A program made the translations under genes and the position numbers. From the human T2T-CHM13v2.0 reference genome, Homo sapiens, in the NCBI RefSeq assembly GCF_009914755.1, contig NC_060935.1: a DNA stretch of 64,000 nt; one strand, 5' to 3'. Shown here in pieces: positions 59,069 to 64,000 of the stretch (positions are counted from its first letter, which is position 1; the number at the start of each line of letters is the position of its first letter). The notes beneath the pieces are model-generated. The model saw only the letters and a list, made by a program, of their open reading frames with translations, was not told the DNA's origin and searched no databases.

Positions 59069-59269
59069 TATTTTTCTGTAAGATTTTCTCCTGGGCTTTT
59101 ACACTTGTACATGACATGTAATGGAAGAATTTGTTAGTGCTTCCCCACCTCCTTTTTCCCCTTCTTTCTTTACAGTGAGCCTCCTCCTTGTCCTGTAATC
59201 ATACTACTTTCAGAATGTCTGTCCCATATCAGCTAAGAAGGAAAGAACATGAGATCTACTGCTAAGTGT

Positions 59270-59490
59270 TTCAGAACACAAAATTCTCTAGTTCAGCAGA
59301 CCTAAATTGTAATCCAAGTTTCCAAGCTTATGAATTAGGTGATTTAGATAAGGTACCTAACTTCACTGAGCCAGTTTCCTCATTTGAAAATGGACATAAT
59401 AATGTTTCTGTAGGATCATGTTGAGGATTAAATATGTTTGTGTGTGTGTAAAGTACCTAGCACAGTGCTTCATACATGGTAAGTCAAATT
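59270..59490 (+). mobile_element. MIR
   Basis: MIR core ctgagccagtttcctcatttgaaaatgg. Confidence 0.75.
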
Positions 59491-59589
59491 TATCCTGTTG
59501 TCAATAATTTAAACTTTTATAATGCTATAATGTTTTATCTTATTTCATATGGTACTTTTTAGTTTACCAGTACTTTCACTCATTATTAA

Positions 59590-60400
59590 GTTATTGTTGA
59601 GTTTTTATATACCAGATGTTATGCTGAACCCTGGGGTTACGAAGATAAACAGATTTCTCCTGCAGAGTCTTCCGCCAACTGGGGAAGCAAATAAGCAAAG
59701 AGAGTGCTACAGTTCGGAATCATTAGTGCAATTAGAGAGGTTTATATAAAGTGCTTTGATAGATGAGGGAGGCTTCAACTCTACCATGTGTGAACAATGA
59801 GGGAAAGTCAGATGACCTCGCTGAGAGAGGTGGCAGCTTCTCTTGAACTGTTACTTGAACTTTAGTAATAACAGTTTAAGGACAAATTCAAAAAAGATAG
59901 GGTAACAAGGCATTCCAGACAGAAGTAGCAGCATATGTAAATATATGCAGATAGAAAAGAGCTTAGGATATTCTGGGAACAGCAAGTATTGTACATCTGG
60001 AGGGTATAGTTCATATGGAAGAATGGTGGGGGATGCGGCCAGAAAGGAAGGCCAAGACCAAGTATGAGAAGCTGAGTAGCCATGCCAGAGTTTAGACCAC
60101 CTTATGATCAGTAGGAAGCCATCAAGAATTTAGAACAGGGCCAGGCATGGTGGCTCACACCTGTAATCCCATCACTTTGGGAGGCCAAGGCAGGAGAATC
60201 ACTTGAGCCCAGGAGTTAGAGCCTGGCTTGGGCAACATAGCAAGACCCCATCTTTATTAAATAAAAAAAGAATTAAAAAAAATTTTTTTTAAAGAATTGA
60301 GAACAGGAGTATGGTAAGATCAGATTTGTAGTTTTAGAAAATCGGTCTAGCAGTGAGTGGTTGGATAATAGATTGGCACACTGTGAGATACAATTATACT
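59590..60400 (-). mobile_element. L2 fragment containing FLAM_C (60139-60270, + strand)
   Basis: Antisense L2 body. The Alu monomer is flanked by aagaatt(t/g)agaacagg at 60124-60139 and 60292-60307. Confidence 0.7.
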
Positions 60401-61185
60401 GGCGTCTCATAACAATCCTATGGGTTTGGTACAGCAAATTTTCTATTTTTCTGATGAAAGGACTGAGAATCAGGTAAGTTAAATGACTTATGAGTTCCAC
60501 ATTGGTAGCATTAGTGTCCAGACAATCATAGTGAACATTTATTTGCACTGATTACATACCAAGCACTATGCAAGGTGTTTCAAATACAAGATATTAAGCT
60601 TTAAAAAAAATTTTGAAATAGGAATTGTAATCTCCATTTTAAAGTAGAAAATGGAGGTTTAAAAGATTATGTATTATTATATGATAATAATAAAATTCAG
60701 AACTTTGGTAACTAAACTTTTTTTTTACACCAGAAGGAGGTTATTTCACAAATTATTTTCACAATATTATCTGACACCCAGTATCCCTGAGGAGCTTCGT
60801 TTCAACAGAAACTTGCCCACTAACCCAGTCATTTGCACAACATTGCTTTGAGTTAGGCTGCAGCTCCATTTTTCAGAGAACATTTTAGGTTGCAAAAGAT
60901 TGAAGAACTTCAACATTGTTTCAGTATGTGGTGATACTTAAAAAAGGGTATCATCAACAAATTCTAAGACTTCTATTGGGGCATGAAGAGGAAGCTCTAT
61001 CATTGCCTCTATTTGAAATGCAGTGTACTTTGTGAATTAACAAGATTGGAATGATGAATTCAAGGAAAAATGAAAATAAATAAAATGCTGATGAAATATT
61101 TTTCTAGTATTTCTGTTTACCATTATCTATGTACTAAGATAATATAACTGACATTCACACTATTTATTCATTCATGAAACAGATT

Positions 61186-61246
61186 TTTTTTTTTTTTTTT
61201 TGAGATGGAGTCTCACTCTGTCTCCCAGGCTGGAGTGCAGTGGCTC
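61186..61246 (-). mobile_element. Severely 5'-truncated Alu (about 45 nt plus tail)
   Basis: TSD catga(a/t)acagatt at 61173-61185 and 61247-61259. Confidence 0.85.
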
Positions 61247-62461
61247 CATGATACAGATTCTTAAAGTTACTCCAGTTCCAGTTCGGTGCAGTATTTTTGG
61301 TTAAATTAATATTGGTTCAAATTAAGATATAGCTAGAGGATTTTACCCAGAAAGCATTAGCTTTTTCCAGTGCATTTCTTAACATGTTTCTATATATCAT
61401 AATAATTCTCTATGAAAAATGATTCAGTAAACAAACTTAATAAACACAATATTCCCTCCCTTGGAAAGTCTTATATTAACATCTCTGAGAAGTCCCAAAG
61501 ATTACTTACCACACAACCTTCTCATGCCCCTACACCCTATGCTCCATCAGGATCTAATATTCCACATAGTATGATTTGGTCAACACTGCTTTATGATGAA
61601 GACCAGTCTCAGTGATGCCCTTCTGGCATTCCACAGGAAGTCAGTTTGCCTTTGCTCTATCTTCCTGGAAATAATGCTCCTGAGAGTTTATCAGCCCCAC
61701 AGTAACACAGTAGTCCTGAGCCAGCCTGAACCCATGAGGCTGGATCTTCTGATAGGCACAATTGACAATTCAGCTTCAGAAAAAAATTTATTCTCAGAGA
61801 AAATAGAACTATAAAATATTTACACAAGCTACTCAGGAAAACAATCATTACTTTATATTTTGTATAGATGTTAAAATATCACATATATCAGAAGATATGT
61901 GTTGAAAGTTCTGCCTTCTATACACTCTGGTTTAAAAATACCAAATATTTCACTAACATATTTTGTATGTTATTTTTTTTCTTCAAGGACTTATTATGAA
62001 AGTAATGATGTTATCACTATATTGTTGAAAAATCAGGGAAGTATATCTTTACCAATATACATTTTGAAACCTAGCTAGACATTCTTAACAGAACAAAGTC
62101 AGAGTATTCATTGGTGGCAAGCTGTTTTGTTTCCTATTTTGAGATTTTTTTCCCCCAGAATTGCATCACTGAATTGTGCTACTTGTACATACATTAGAAC
62201 TCCGATTTCCTATCATTTCCTCTTCTAAAAAAGAACTGTTCATTGACTTGATTATAAACATTCAGAAAGCATGTGTTAAAATAAGTTGGACTGTGCATAG
62301 ACTGATGAATATATTTTGTTTTGTCTTCATATGTGTTTTGTTATGAAATTTAATTGAAATTGGCCAAATAGCTAATATGAGTAACGTAATAATTTTGTTT
62401 TCATTGTTTGGTTTTGCTTTTCCTTGCTTTCTTTGGTTTGCAAACTAAGTGATATCTAATA

Positions 62462-62769
62462 TGGTAGTCCCTCTGTATCTGCAATTTCAGTTACCCACAG
62501 TCAGCAAATAAATGAATATAGTACAATAGGTATTTTGAGAGAGAGAGACCATATTTGCATAACTTTATTATTGTGGTATTGTTACAATTATTCTATTTTA
62601 TTATTATTTATGTTAATATCTTACTATACCTAATGTATAAATTAAACCTTATCCTAGATATGTATGTTTAGGAAGAAACATAGTATATATAGGGTTTGGC
62701 ACCATCCGCAGTCTCAGGCATCCATTGGGGCCTTGGAATGTATTCCCCATGAATAAGAGGGGACTACTG
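62462..62769 (+). mobile_element. MER44A-like Tigger MITE
   Basis: TIRs gtagtccctc and ggggactactg, with internal gagagagagacca. Confidence 0.85.
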
Positions 62770-64000
62770 AGTCCCCATTTTGCCTTTGAAAATTGCATTG
62801 TCTTCTTTCAAATAGTAGTGTATTGCTTGCTATTTGTAGAATGTATGTTTTTAAGTCATTTTGCCCAAGGCATGGGCAAATTTTGTTGTGAGACATTCAG
62901 GCTTTTCTTGGACACTTTAGGAAAGCAGAAAAATTATGCAAGATGTTTATTCACATAAAACAATTTTTATTTATGAAAAGCTAATTGATTCAAATGAGTG
63001 TAAAATTTCAAATTTTAGCCTCATTATTGAACAGAACTGGACCAGTTTGTTTTAATAAAGATATGGTTTATGAACACATCAACCATTTTAGAGTAATCAA
63101 TCACAATTTATAGATTTTGAATTACTGTAATTGCACAAAACTTTGGAGGAAATATAATGTGAATTATTTGAAGTCTTCCTAATATATCTCCTTTTCTGCA
63201 TTAATTGAACACAGGGTGTTTGTTCATAGTTATTAATAAAATTTTAGTTTCATCCAAATACTTCAGCCCAACAGTGTCTTACGTTTTGCCTGTTAAAGAT
63301 ATTAAAGAGGGAATTGGGTCATAATAATTTAATTCAGTTAAGGAGTATTCAAAGAACTTCTATATACACAAAACATTGTGCTAATATAATAGTGAGAATG
63401 CCAAAAATACTTGTCCCTGCTTCTACTGTGAGCATTTATTTATTGGAGACTTAAGAGCAAGTGTATTTAACTTTTTTACAGAAGTAACATTTACCACTGA
63501 AGAGATTTTGAGAAGTGACAAAATATCAAGAAGCCACTGTATTGCTTTGCTTTAAAACACTGTAGGTTTTGAAAGAAAGATTTGTACCCTGGCTGTAAGA
63601 CAAACAAAGCCTACAACTAAAAGATTTGGAAGAATTTGGAAATATATACAAAAACTAGTAAACTGTTAGTGAATATGCAAAAAATCAGCTTTAAGTTGAT
63701 AATAATCAGCATTATTAAGTTCCTAATTTAAAGAGAAATAGTCTTTACATCGATATAGAGAAAATCTCCTGACTAGAAAGGAATAACATCGTAAAACATT
63801 TCATTGTGGTGTTTCTATTTCAGTTTTGATCATAGAAGTAATGGAAAACAAAGCAAATATCAGGTGTTGGAAAAAGATAATTTAAGACCTTTCCCAGGAT
63901 TAAAAATAGGCAATCATAGATTCAGATCACTTCAGTCTAACAAATATGTGATCTTTGTCTGCTCTTTGCCAAAGAATGTAAAGGAATGCTTGCACTAGGC

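Overview
Human genomic DNA: it is AT-rich, CpG-depleted and carries consensus-like AluYa5 and AluYb8 copies. The window lies inside the 3' part of DYNC2H1 (cytoplasmic dynein-2 heavy chain, + strand). Four short GT-AG coding exons (23839-23928, 43082-43191, 44171-44252, 56485-56601) splice in frame to CPLAWQSKWEGPEDPLQYLRGLVARALAIQ-NWVDKAEKQALLSETLDLSELFHPDTFLNALRQETAR-AVGRSVDSLKFVASWKGRLQEAKLQIK-ISGLLLEGCSFDGNQLSENQLDSPSVSSVLPCFMGWIPQ. I recognise this as the C-terminal domain, about exons 85-88 of 89 from memory. The rest is intron, mostly nested transposable elements: L1PA/L1M, Alu, L2, MIR, L3, MaLR, a MER9 solo LTR, a near-full-length Hsmar1, and Tigger and hAT MITEs. The supplied ORF track misses all four real exons and consists of TE fragments or noise. 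I found no new gene system. The best leads are structural: (1) a 424-bp non-TE retroposed insert with a 13-bp TSD inside an L2; (2) a perfect 39-bp inverted templated insertion within a tandem duplication; (3) a multi-switch scar in Tigger3 that preserves the empty site of a neighbouring AluYa5; (4) a tail-less L1 patch between two inverted Alus; (5) two very young Alus about 340 bp apart. Repeat subfamily calls come from remembered consensus sequences, and old-repeat boundaries are approximate.
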